NCBI GenBank assembly: GCA_045805065.1
Contig: JBJMMA010000252.1
Span: 1 to 25,693, forward strand
Source: Bdellovibrionia bacterium
Lineage (GTDB): Bacteria > Bdellovibrionota > UBA1018
Direction of reading: 5' to 3'
Length of the DNA stretch: 25,693 nt
The first letter of the stretch is position 1. Each line of letters opens with the position of its first letter. Under the pieces are notes generated by a model. That model saw nothing but the letters and a program-made list of their open reading frames with translations. It was not told the DNA's origin and searched no databases. The translations under genes and the position numbers were made by a program. This document shows, one piece after another, positions 1 to 8,707 of the stretch.

Positions 1-1088
1 GTCCTTGCCGACGCCACATTGTAGCGGGTCAGGAAGCGATCAAATATGCTCCACGTAAAATTGAGCGATACCGAGTAGGCGAACTGATCTCCAAGCTGCG
101 TCCATAAGCTACGTTGATTTGGAGGCAGAGTGTCTGTTCCATTCACAATCTGTCGCGTGAGATAGGCACCCGCCCCACCGGCGGTGAAGTTAAGATCCAG
201 CCGTGGGAGATATCCGCTTCTTGCCCGCGTGATATCCCAGTCCGTCGACTTGACTGTCAGCGTCTGCGCCTTAAGATCACTCCGCTGATCCACAGCCATT
301 TTTATCAGCTCTTCGACAGGCTTGCCCGCAAGTGGGGTTACATCTGGAGTCAGCTTTGGAATCTCAAATTCGTATTTTTTCAGCGGATCGACGCGAAGCT
401 TTCGAATCAAAATCGTCGTATCGTCGTTCAGCCGAGTTTGAGTGTTTGAGAGCAGAAGTTCATCAGAACTCGTTTGCGCCTGCTGACGATAAAGGTCAGC
501 AAGCGATGCTGATCCGACCTCAGTTTGTCCCTTTAAGAGCTTCAAGCGCTCGTTTGAAGCTGCCAGATTTCTTACCGCGATGTCGAGAAGTTCACGATCC
601 AGGACGACTTGAAGGTAGGTTTGAACAATATCGAGAATGACCTGCTGCCGTGCAAAGTTGAGTGAAAAGCGAGAAGCATCTCGTTTGGCCAGGGCAAGCT
701 TCAGGCCCGCATAGTCGGAAAGACCGTTGAAGATATTCAGTGATGTTGTCAGCGCATAGTTCGGTGAGAAAGAGCGCTGATCCACGAGATTTGAGCCGCT
801 GAAGGTGTAAAGGTTTGTTCCATCAGCATACGTATAACTTGCGCGTATTCCGAGATTCGGCAAAAACTGAGCGTAACTTTGCAGAAGCTGTTCGCCATTC
901 AGCGCGACGTTATTTTCGTTTTTTTGAACTAAGGCGGAGTTCTTAAGCCCGACATCAATGCTCTGCTCAAGCGTTAAGTGAACAGTGTCTTCCGTCTGGC
1001 CAAAGGCGGTGCCGGAGCCTGTGACAAGCATCGTACCGGCGAGCGACATGAGCAAAAAAATGATGATTGCGATCCTGGAGAGTCTCAT
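1..1088 (-). CDS. TolC-family outer membrane efflux protein (3' end truncated by window edge)
   Basis: Not in the ORF track; both ends translated by hand. ATG at 1088 overlaps the MFP stop (ATGA). N-terminus MRLSRIAIIIFLLMSLAGTMLVTGSGTAFG-QTEDTVHLTLEQSIDVGLKNS...QSYAQFLPNL is a signal peptide plus OEP-like start; near the edge the same frame reads SVSLNFTWSIFDRFLTR. Third gene of an RND operon. Confidence 0.85.
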   Translation of the reverse strand, partial: MRLSRIAIIIFLLMSLAGTMLVTGSGTAFGQTEDTVHLTLEQSIDVGLKNSALVQKNENNVALNGEQLLQSYAQFLPNLGIRASYTYADGTNLYTFSGSNLVDQRSFSPNYALTTSLNIFNGLSDYAGLKLALAKRDASRFSLNFARQQVILDIVQTYLQVVLDRELLDIAVRNLAASNERLKLLKGQTEVGSASLADLYRQQAQTSSDELLLSNTQTRLNDDTTILIRKLRVDPLKKYEFEIPKLTPDVTPLAGKPVEELIKMAVDQRSDLKAQTLTVKSTDWDITRARSGYLPRLDLNFTAGGAGAYLTRQIVNGTDTLPPNQRSLWTQLGDQFAYSVSLNFTWSIFDRFLTRYNVASAR

Positions 1089-2305
1089 GGGTTTCCTGCC
1101 ACCATGTGATCCTTCTGAACGGGTTTCACCTTTTGACCATCGGTCAGGCTGTTTCCGACATTCACCGCGACGCGATCCCCTTGTTTGATCCCGGTTCGGA
1201 TCAGGATTTCTTTTCCGGTATTCTCGGCCAGGTCAATTTTGACGTAACGGACTTTATCGCCGGACTCGATCACAGGAACAAAAGCATCGTTCCCTCTCAT
1301 GACCAGTGCCTCAGAGGGCAACGAGATCAGGGGTTCGGTTTTGATCTTCAAACCCACCTGGACAAAGCTGCCTGGCACGATTTTTTGCTCATGGTTATCC
1401 ATGATGACTTCGCCCAAAAGCGTGCGCGTCTTGGGATCAAGCTCGCCCGCGAGCATCTCGATTTTCGCGTTAAACTTTTCATTGGGCCTGGAAGCCATCG
1501 AGATTTCGACCGGATCCCCGACCTTCACAAAAGGCGCGTCTTTCTGATCGATATAAATGAAAATCCGGAGCCGATCGATTTGCGAAATCGTGAACAAGGG
1601 TTGCGAGGCCGATTGAGACCCGCTTGCGTTCTGGATGAGAGCCCCTGGATCAACAAAACGCTGAGTGATCTTGCCTTCAAAAGGCGCACTCACGTTCTGG
1701 TACCCGAGCACCACTTCCTGGGTTTTCAATGTCGCATCAGCAATATCGGCTGCGGCAAATGCCTGCTGAGCTTCTTGGGCGCTGACCAGCTTGCGTTTCA
1801 GAAGAATGCGATAGCGATCGGCGATTCTTCGTTTGTTGATCTGATCCGCTTTCGCGGAATTATAAGCCTGTTGGGCCTCGGGCGATTCGACATGGGCCAG
1901 AAGCTGACCTTGTTTGGCATCATCGCCGATATCTGTCAGAAGCTTGGTCATGTAGCCGCTGACTCGCGCATACAGTGTGACAGAATAGAAAGCCCTGCTT
2001 TCTCCGATCAGGAGGAGATCTCGCTCCGGCATCGAGAGCTTGGCCTGAGCAAATACGACGGGGCGTCCTTCGCGCTCCATTTTCTTCAAGTTCTGCGCTT
2101 CTGCTGCTTTATCGCTTCTTTCCCTCGAGCCAAGAACCGAGACCACGGCCACCGCTCCGACAAGGATCAGCAAAGAGACCAGCGCCAGTCGGAAGAAGTT
2201 TCTTCGGTGGCGTCTTTTATGCGCATGATGCTCTGGATGCTCAGATCCCATGGGATCCGGATCTTGCTCCTGATACTCGGGACGATCAGAAGGTGGTGTG
2301 TCCAC
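1085..2305 (-). CDS. RND efflux periplasmic adaptor (membrane fusion protein)
   Basis: TM anchor, lipoyl-like halves (LYARVSGY...GDDAKQGQLLA; SAPFEGKITQRFVDPG), LDPKTRTL, PGSFV. Start placed at GTG 2305 behind GGAGGAGG; ATG 2251 is an alternative. The ORF-track start at 2461 lies inside the RND gene. Confidence 0.9.
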   Translation of the reverse strand: MDTPPSDRPEYQEQDPDPMGSEHPEHHAHKRRHRRNFFRLALVSLLILVGAVAVVSVLGSRERSDKAAEAQNLKKMEREGRPVVFAQAKLSMPERDLLLIGESRAFYSVTLYARVSGYMTKLLTDIGDDAKQGQLLAHVESPEAQQAYNSAKADQINKRRIADRYRILLKRKLVSAQEAQQAFAAADIADATLKTQEVVLGYQNVSAPFEGKITQRFVDPGALIQNASGSQSASQPLFTISQIDRLRIFIYIDQKDAPFVKVGDPVEISMASRPNEKFNAKIEMLAGELDPKTRTLLGEVIMDNHEQKIVPGSFVQVGLKIKTEPLISLPSEALVMRGNDAFVPVIESGDKVRYVKIDLAENTGKEILIRTGIKQGDRVAVNVGNSLTDGQKVKPVQKDHMVAGNP

Positions 2306-5300
2306 GTTTTGCCTCCTCCGCCAATTCGGCGTCGTACATGGCCTCTTCCTTGTGATACTCCGCACGGATCTCGTGCTTGTTCGGCATCTTGCCGCGAAGA
2401 AGCGCATAAACCACCGGCACCACAAAAAGCGTGGCCAGCGTTGAAAAAATAAGTCCCCCAATCACCGCGCGACCCAGGGGGACGTTCTGGGAGCCGGCTT
2501 CGCTGAAGCCCAAAGCCATAGGAATCATCCCAAGGATCATCGCGAGCGCCGTCATGAGAATCGGGCGCAAACGAACCTCGCCAGCTTCCAATGCAGCTTT
2601 TGCGGCCGAGGTTCCCTCTTGAGAGATGCGGAAGTCGTTGGCGAAATTGACCAGAAGATTGGAGTTGGAGACGGCGATACCGATTGCCATGATCGCGCCC
2701 ATGAGTGACTCGACGTTGATCGTGGTCCCTGTGAACGCCAGAATCCAAAGCACTCCAATGAGCGAGCCAGGCACCGCCGCCATGATGATCAGGGGATCCA
2801 ACCAGGATTGAAAAAGAGTGACCATGAGTAGATAGACAAGAACGGCCGCAAGGATCATCCCAAAACCAAGTTTTGTGAACGACTCCTCCATCACTTCATT
2901 CTGGCCGCGAAGTCGGATTGCCATCCCTTTAGGAAGCTTTCCAAGTGAGCCAATCAACGAGCGAACGTCCTTCACGACGGATCCTAAGTCTCGACCTTCC
3001 ACGTTCGCTGTGACATCCAAAATGCGTTGAACGTCCACGTGATTGACCTGGTTGAGGGTATTTATGGATTCGACAGTCGAGAGATTTCCGATGGTCTGAG
3101 TCGGAGCGGTCGGATTTGCGCTTGCGACAACTCCCGCCTGCTGCAGAAGCGTGTTTGCGCCCCCTGGCGTGATGGGAACATTCATCAGCTCTTCGAGAGA
3201 GCCCACTTTCTTGATCGGCACCTTGACCACGACCGAATAGTTCACGCCATTTTCAGGATTGAGATAATAGGATGGCGACACAAGGCTTGAGGACGACAGC
3301 GAAACCAGAATGCTGCTTGCCGCATCACGCTCTGAAAGGCCCAGCTGAGCGGCCCGTTGACGGTCCACGTTCATTTTCAAGCTGGGGTAGTTCAGAATCT
3401 GCTTGATGACAACGTCCTTGGCTCCCGGAATCAGACCGAGCTTGTCGCGAATGGTGCGCGCAAACTCAAAAGACTGCGCGATGTTTTGGGATTCGATCTG
3501 AATATCAAGCGGCGCGGTCAGGCCAAAATTGAGCACCTGACTCACGATATCGGCAGGTTGAAAGTAAATCGTCGAATCCGGGAAAGATTTTACAAAATCA
3601 TCGCGGATTTTTTGTCGATAGTCTGCTGTTGGTTCGTGACCCTCTTTGAGCGCAATCAGGATTTCCGCGTCCATGGAAGCCGCATTATCGGTAGGCACGA
3701 ACGAAATGTTGTAGAAAGTCGGAACGCCGATGTTGACGTTGATCGTCTCAAGATCCTTCGCAGGGATCAGCTTGCGGAGCCTATCCTCCACCTGAACGAT
3801 GATCTTTTCTGTCTCTTCAAGGCGGATTCCGGAGGGCCCTCTGAAGTGGATTCGCATCAGGCCTGCGTCCACGGCGGGAAAGAAGTCTTGACCCACTACA
3901 AACACCGGAAGGGCCAGCGAGACGACAAAAAGAAGCAGGGTAGCACCTAAGGTCAGCTTAGGGTGATGGAGCAAAACTTTAAGAATCTTACTGTAGCCGT
4001 GCTTGAGTTTTTCCAGTATGCCTTCATGTTCTTCTTCGTGCGGCGTACCCTTCAGAAGCCAGTGCGCCATCACCGGCACAAGGGTTCGTGAAAGAACATA
4101 AGATGCGATCATGGCCAGAACGACGGATTCTGCCAGCGGAGTGAAAAGAAATTTCGCAGGGCCGGTCAAAAGCACAACGGGGAAGAAAACGATACAGATC
4201 GCAAGAGTGGTGACAATCGCAGGCAATGCGATTTGATGCGCTCCCTTGAGAATCGCGACTGTGATGTTAGGGCTCAGCGGTCGATTGCGGTTGATGTTCT
4301 CGATTTCAACTGTCGCGTCGTCGACGAGCATGCCGATCGAGAGTGCCATCCCTCCAAGCGTCATTGTATTGATCGATTGATTGGTGAGTTTAAGTCCGAT
4401 CAGAGCGAAAAAGATCGATAGGGGAATCGAGGAGCAGACGATCAGAATGCTGCGCCAGCTTCTCAAAAAGATCAAAATCATGAGCGAGACCAGGATCGAC
4501 GCGATGATCGCTTCAGTGAGCACGCTGATGATGGAGCCGCGAACGAAAGTGGACTGATCGAAGTCGAGTTTGAAGTTCATTCCCTCTGGGGCGTTTCGTG
4601 CGAGGGATGGAATCAGCCTTTTCACTGCGTCAACAACTTCAAGCGTTGAAGCATTCGCTTTTTTGAGGATTGCAAGATAGATGGCGCGCTTCCCGTTGAT
4701 TCGAACCGCGTTGGTTTGATCGGCGTGCGAGTCCTCGACTTTTGCCACATCGCTCATCACGACTTCGCGGCCATTGACGACTTTGATCGGAAAGCGGTCA
4801 AACTCCGTGACCTTAAGCGGGCTTGCGTTTGTCAGAACGTTGTATTCAAAGTTGCCGATGCGCGCGACGCCCGCGGGCAAAATAATGTTGGATGCCTGAA
4901 GGGAGTTAGAGACGTCCTGCGGGGAGATGCCTTTTGCGGCAGCAAGCTGAGGGTCAACATCGACATTGATTTGTCGTGTCGCCCCCCCATAGGGAGCAGG
5001 CGTTGCAAGACCTGGAATTGTGAAAAGTCGGATGCGCACAAAGTTCAGCGCATAGTCAAAGAGGTTTTGCTCCGGAATGTTCTCACTGCTGATCGTGAGC
5101 TGAGCCACTGGAACGTTGGCAGCGTTAAATGGAAGAATGTTTGGTGGAGTGATCCCAGGCGGCATGATGCGCAAAATAGTCTGACAGACCGCCGTGATCT
5201 GCGCGGTCGCACTTCCGATATCGGTTCCCGGCTGGAAGTAGACGCGAAGGTTTCCAACGCCGGGGATGGATTGCGATTCGATTCGGGAAACGCCTTGCAC

Positions 5301-5522
5301 GGTCGTGGAAAATGCGCGCTCATTAATGGTAACAACGCGTCTCTCCATTTCCTCTGCGGTGAGACCCGGATAGTTCCAGATGACGCCAACAACAGGAATA
5401 TCGATGACAGGAAAAATATCCGTCAGCATCGAGAAGGCTGACAAGGCACCCATGATCATGAGCACCAGTGCCAGCACGGCAACGGAATAGGGGTTTCTCA
5501 AAGCAAGTCGTACAATCCACAT
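2286..5522 (-). CDS. RND efflux permease, AcrB/AcrD/AcrF family (1078 aa)
   Basis: MWIVRLALRNP start, TM4 SIGMLVDDATVEIENI, TM11 RLRPILMTALAMILGMIP, TM12 PLGRAVIGGL, two large periplasmic domains. Confidence 0.95.
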   Translation of the reverse strand: MWIVRLALRNPYSVAVLALVLMIMGALSAFSMLTDIFPVIDIPVVGVIWNYPGLTAEEMERRVVTINERAFSTTVQGVSRIESQSIPGVGNLRVYFQPGTDIGSATAQITAVCQTILRIMPPGITPPNILPFNAANVPVAQLTISSENIPEQNLFDYALNFVRIRLFTIPGLATPAPYGGATRQINVDVDPQLAAAKGISPQDVSNSLQASNIILPAGVARIGNFEYNVLTNASPLKVTEFDRFPIKVVNGREVVMSDVAKVEDSHADQTNAVRINGKRAIYLAILKKANASTLEVVDAVKRLIPSLARNAPEGMNFKLDFDQSTFVRGSIISVLTEAIIASILVSLMILIFLRSWRSILIVCSSIPLSIFFALIGLKLTNQSINTMTLGGMALSIGMLVDDATVEIENINRNRPLSPNITVAILKGAHQIALPAIVTTLAICIVFFPVVLLTGPAKFLFTPLAESVVLAMIASYVLSRTLVPVMAHWLLKGTPHEEEHEGILEKLKHGYSKILKVLLHHPKLTLGATLLLFVVSLALPVFVVGQDFFPAVDAGLMRIHFRGPSGIRLEETEKIIVQVEDRLRKLIPAKDLETINVNIGVPTFYNISFVPTDNAASMDAEILIALKEGHEPTADYRQKIRDDFVKSFPDSTIYFQPADIVSQVLNFGLTAPLDIQIESQNIAQSFEFARTIRDKLGLIPGAKDVVIKQILNYPSLKMNVDRQRAAQLGLSERDAASSILVSLSSSSLVSPSYYLNPENGVNYSVVVKVPIKKVGSLEELMNVPITPGGANTLLQQAGVVASANPTAPTQTIGNLSTVESINTLNQVNHVDVQRILDVTANVEGRDLGSVVKDVRSLIGSLGKLPKGMAIRLRGQNEVMEESFTKLGFGMILAAVLVYLLMVTLFQSWLDPLIIMAAVPGSLIGVLWILAFTGTTINVESLMGAIMAIGIAVSNSNLLVNFANDFRISQEGTSAAKAALEAGEVRLRPILMTALAMILGMIPMALGFSEAGSQNVPLGRAVIGGLIFSTLATLFVVPVVYALLRGKMPNKHEIRAEYHKEEAMYDAELAEEAKRGHTTF

Positions 5523-5567
5523 TGGAAGTTCCGCCCCGGGTTAAACAACAGACGAAGCGGCTGGATA

Positions 5568-5583
5568 TGCGATCGGTATGCCA
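5568..5583 (-). promoter_or_regulatory. Candidate sigma54 -24/-12 promoter of the RND operon
   Basis: Minus strand TGGCATACCGATCGCA = GG-N10-GC, about 45 nt upstream of the RND ATG. Confidence 0.5.
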
Positions 5584-5597
5584 CTCGATTGCGAGTG

Positions 5598-5606
5598 TGA
5601 TAGTGT
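5598..5606 (+). promoter_or_regulatory. Extended -10 promoter, probable leaderless transcript of the GST-like gene
   Basis: TGaTAGTGT (TGnTAnnnT) ends 6 nt before ATG 5613; no SD present. Confidence 0.5.
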
Positions 5607-5612
5607 GAGCGC

Positions 5613-6320
5613 ATGATCACACTGCATCAGCCACCCCGCACCTGGGGACTGCCAAATATGAGTCCGTTTTGCGCCAAGCTGGAGACTTATCTCCGAATGA
5701 CGGGAGTTGAGTACAAGTTGAAAGGCGGGAACATCACTGAAGCGCCCAACGGCCGCGTTCCTTATGTGAAGATCGACGGAAAGGTCATGGGGGACTCGAC
5801 GCTGATCATCGAGCATCTCAAAAAGACTCATGGGGATCGACTCGATTCAGGCTTGAGCCCGGAACAAAAAGCGCTCTCACAGGCGGTAAAGGGAATGGTT
5901 GAGGATCACCTCTACTTTGCTGCTGCCGCGCTCCGCTGGATGGATGAGGGCTCTCTCGCCCATGTCCGCAAGGCGTTTCTGGGATTTCTGCCTCCTGTCA
6001 TTGGAGCACTGATTTTTGATAAACTGATCCGTAAGGATCTGGTGAAGCTAGTTAAAGCTCATGGAATGGGACAGCACCCTCGTGAGGTCATCTTGAAGTT
6101 CGCGATGGATGATCTTACGGCCGTATCGACTTTGCTGGGCGATAAGCCTTTTTTCCACGGCGCGGAACCCACGACGATTGATGCGACCCTTTATGGGTTC
6201 CTGATCCAGGTTCTTTGGGTTCCTTGGGACAACGAGCTCAAGCAGCACGCCCTGGCTCTGAAAAACCTCGAGCCCTATTGCCAACGGATGAAGCAGAAGT
6301 ATTTTGCAGATTTCAAATAA
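5613..6320 (+). CDS. Glutathione S-transferase-fold protein, metaxin/FAX-like
   Basis: WGLPNMSPFCAKLETYLR, PNGRVPY, MGDSTLIIEHL, LLGDKPFFHGAEPTTIDATLYG. Confidence 0.85.
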   Translation: MITLHQPPRTWGLPNMSPFCAKLETYLRMTGVEYKLKGGNITEAPNGRVPYVKIDGKVMGDSTLIIEHLKKTHGDRLDSGLSPEQKALSQAVKGMVEDHLYFAAAALRWMDEGSLAHVRKAFLGFLPPVIGALIFDKLIRKDLVKLVKAHGMGQHPREVILKFAMDDLTAVSTLLGDKPFFHGAEPTTIDATLYGFLIQVLWVPWDNELKQHALALKNLEPYCQRMKQKYFADFK

Positions 6321-6335
6321 GGATCTGCTGAAATG

Positions 6336-6370
6336 AAAAAAGCCGCCAAGTCTTCGACTCGGCGGCTTTT
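6336..6370. terminator. Bidirectional rho-independent terminator
   Basis: AAAAAA-GCCGCC-a-AGTC-ttc-GACT-c-GGCGGC-TTTT between the convergent GST-like gene and infA. Confidence 0.85.
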
Positions 6371-6405
6371 CAATTTTTGTACTTTTGGTAAATCAGCGTC
6401 GCTAG

Positions 6406-6684
6406 TTAGCGAGGTCCTGCGCCAAAGCCTGCGCCGCCATCTGGACCTGGACCAGGCCTTCCACCTTCTTTATGACGGTGCAAGATCAGGCCGTGAGTTG
6501 GGTCATAAGGAGAGACTCCTACTGTAACCCGATCCCCGAGGATGACGCGGATGTGGAATTTACGCATTCTGCCAGAAAGTTTGGCAGTAATGGTTTGTCC
6601 GCCCGCAAGCTGGACAGTGAAATTCCCACCGGCGAGCACGTCGGTGACTTTACCTTCAATTTGTGCAAGATCGTCGCGTGCCAT
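6406..6684 (-). CDS. infA: Translation initiation factor IF-1 with Gly/Pro-rich C-terminal tail
   Basis: MARDDLAQIEGKVTDVL...AKLSGRMRKFHIRVILGDRVTVGVSPYDPTHGLILHR. Confidence 0.95.
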   Translation of the reverse strand: MARDDLAQIEGKVTDVLAGGNFTVQLAGGQTITAKLSGRMRKFHIRVILGDRVTVGVSPYDPTHGLILHRHKEGGRPGPGPDGGAGFGAGPR

Positions 6685-6687
6685 CGA

Positions 6688-7107
6688 TTACCAGCGTCCG
6701 CCACCGCGGTTGTTGTTACGATCGCCGCCACGTCCGCCGCCGAAGCCGCCTTCGCGACCGCCGCGTCCGCCACCGAATCCACCGCCGCTACCGCCGCGTC
6801 CACCACCAAAGCCGCCGCCGCCGCCGAATCCACCGCGACCGCCGCCGCCTTCACGAGGCTCCATTGGGCGAGCTTCGTTCACGACCATGGCGAATCCGCC
6901 GTAGTCAGCGCCGTTGAACTGAGAGATTGCGTTAGCTGCTTCTTCGTCAGTCGAGAACTCGACGAAACCGAAGCCTTTGGAACGGCCAGTTTCACGATCC
7001 ATGATGACCTTAGCAGAGACCACTTTTCCGACCTGAGAGAAGATCTCATTGAGATCATGATCGGTAGCCGCGAACGGCAACTTACCAACAAAAAGTTTCT
7101 TACCCAT
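6688..7107 (-). CDS. RRM RNA-binding protein with Gly/RGG-rich tail (Rbp type)
   Basis: RNP2 KLFVGKL and RNP1 KGFGFVEF, then VNEARP and a GGRGG-rich tail. ATG 7107 is preceded by GAAGGAGGA. Confidence 0.93.
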   Translation of the reverse strand: MGKKLFVGKLPFAATDHDLNEIFSQVGKVVSAKVIMDRETGRSKGFGFVEFSTDEEAANAISQFNGADYGGFAMVVNEARPMEPREGGGGRGGFGGGGGFGGGRGGSGGGFGGGRGGREGGFGGGRGGDRNNNRGGGRW

Positions 7108-7270
7108 AAATCCTCCTTCGACTTTACTGACCGCCAGCACTTCAAACTCTTGAAAAGCTGCGCGGTAGGATAGGTGGCGCCATATTAACCATTTACTTAC
7201 TTACCCGGCGCCCAGGTGTCGAATGAAGGAATCAGGAGCCCTATGCTAGACACTCTTCTCTTTCGACGTC
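7108..7270 (-). promoter_or_regulatory. Structured 5' leader of rbp-infA (anti-SD helix closing two hairpins)
   Basis: 7218-7230 pairs with 7111-7122 (covering the SD); internal hairpins at 7130-7166 and 7176-7212; alternative partner at 7258-7267. Confidence 0.55.
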
Positions 7271-7310
7271 GTTTCTACAATGCACGTCTAGCACCAATTC
7301 TAATAGAAAC

Positions 7311-8063
7311 CTATGACTTTTTGCAGCAAACCGATGCGGGATCCACACCCCAGGAGCGCAAGACTTGGGCTTCCTCTTGAGCGCTCATCACCTTTTTGAA
7401 CTTGGCTCCGGAAACCCCTTTGACGCGTTTCTCACAGCTTGTCCAATCGGAATGCCGCATGGCAGTGGCGCCGACGAGACTGAGGTAACCCAAAGGCTTT
7501 ACCTTCTCCTCGGTCCGCGGCCTCATTTCCGGAAGCGAAGTGTCGGCTGGTATGTCATGGATGGCGATCGTGTATTCCAAAAGCGGTCCCCTAAATAAGC
7601 GAATGGATTGACCCTTTGAGAAAGCGACGGCGATCTGGTCAACACGCTCATTTCCGGGGATGCCCGAGTGGCCCCGAACAAAATGCCAGTCCACTTTGGC
7701 CGACTTTTCACGGGTTGCAAGCGCAGCCGAAAGACGTTTCCAGAGTTCCTGGTTGGTGACGTCTTTGCCATCAGCTGTTTTCCAACCGTTCTTTCGCCAG
7801 CCCCAGATCCATTGAGTGATCCCGCGGATCACATAAACCGAGTCTGTGTAGACAGCAACGGGTTGGCCTTGGGATTCAGGAGCTTCCAGGGCCTTGATGG
7901 TTGCCATGAGCTCCATGCGATTATTGGTCGTTTGAGGGTCTCCACCGCCAAGTTCGACGACTTTCCCGTCCGGGGTCGCAATGATGGAGCCCCATCCACC
8001 GGGGCCAGGATTGCCGGAGCTTGCGCCGTCGGCAAAAACAATGACGGGAAATTTCTCTGTCAT
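7311..8063 (-). CDS. rnhA: Ribonuclease HI with C-terminal hybrid-binding (viroplasmin-like) domain
   Basis: [48 protein letters not shown]-terminal [18 protein letters not shown]. Start could be ATG 8063 or TTG 8072. Confidence 0.92.
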   Translation of the reverse strand: MTEKFPVIVFADGASSGNPGPGGWGSIIATPDGKVVELGGGDPQTTNNRMELMATIKALEAPESQGQPVAVYTDSVYVIRGITQWIWGWRKNGWKTADGKDVTNQELWKRLSAALATREKSAKVDWHFVRGHSGIPGNERVDQIAVAFSKGQSIRLFRGPLLEYTIAIHDIPADTSLPEMRPRTEEKVKPLGYLSLVGATAMRHSDWTSCEKRVKGVSGAKFKKVMSAQEEAQVLRSWGVDPASVCCKKS

Positions 8064-8124
8064 ATGAAGCAAGTAACCTGCTTCGGGTGGACAGTCGAGG
8101 CGCTTTTGGATATTCCTTTAAGGA

Positions 8125-8667
8125 ATGGCTAAATCCGCATCTTCTACCAGCGCGACTTTAAGGACCTTGCCGTGCGGCCGTCAGGCTGCTCCAGGCCCCG
8201 CACTTCCCAGGCCCGAGCGCCTTGCTGAGTGGCAAAAGCAGCTCAGGGAATATCTAGCCGGCCAGGGTTTGAAGTATTCCGAGCAGCGTTGGAAAATTGC
8301 TGAAATCATTCTGGCTTCGGGCGGGCATCTGGATGCCCAAAGCTTGGTGGAGCGGGTCAAGCAAGAGCATCCAGGAATTGGTGCTGCCACCGTTTATCGG
8401 AGCATCAAGGTTCTTTGCGATGCTCACATTCTGAAAGAATCCCTCATGGATACAGAGGGAAAGGTCATTTACGAGCTCTTTGATGACGATCACCACGATC
8501 ATATCGTGTGTATGGATTGTGGAGAGATATTTGAATTCCACAACGACAAGATCGAATCACTTCAGAACGGGATCACGCGCGAGATGCATTTCAGCCAGGT
8601 GAAGCACCGGCACGTGATCTACGTCCACTGTGATTTAAAGAGCGACTCCTCCAAAAAGTCGAAATGA
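8125..8667 (+). CDS. fur: Fur-family metalloregulator
   Basis: GLKYSEQRWKIAE, HLDA, IGAATVYRSIKVL, HHDHIVCMDCGEIFEF. Subfamily (Fur/Zur/PerR) is not resolved. Confidence 0.88.
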   Translation: MAKSASSTSATLRTLPCGRQAAPGPALPRPERLAEWQKQLREYLAGQGLKYSEQRWKIAEIILASGGHLDAQSLVERVKQEHPGIGAATVYRSIKVLCDAHILKESLMDTEGKVIYELFDDDHHDHIVCMDCGEIFEFHNDKIESLQNGITREMHFSQVKHRHVIYVHCDLKSDSSKKSK

Positions 8668-8707
8668 CCTTTCCATCACTTTAGGCATCTCAGAAACCGT
8701 TGACCCT

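Noticed and set aside
1067..2452. 461-aa plus-strand ORF
   Set aside because: Codon-aligned antisense shadow of the MFP gene; no motifs, SD or plausible composition.
6472..7173. Ala-, Pro- and Arg-rich ORFs in other frames, and a GCC-repeat tract
   Set aside because: By-products of the Gly (GGC/GGT) codon run in the RRM tail; not separate genes or a repeat array.
7244..7310. Interleaved inverted repeats TGCTAGAC/GTCTAGCA and GTTTCTA/TAGAAAC (pseudoknot-like)
   Set aside because: Short 7-8 bp arms with long loops overlapping candidate promoter elements and no U-tract; cannot be supported as an RNA structure or terminator.
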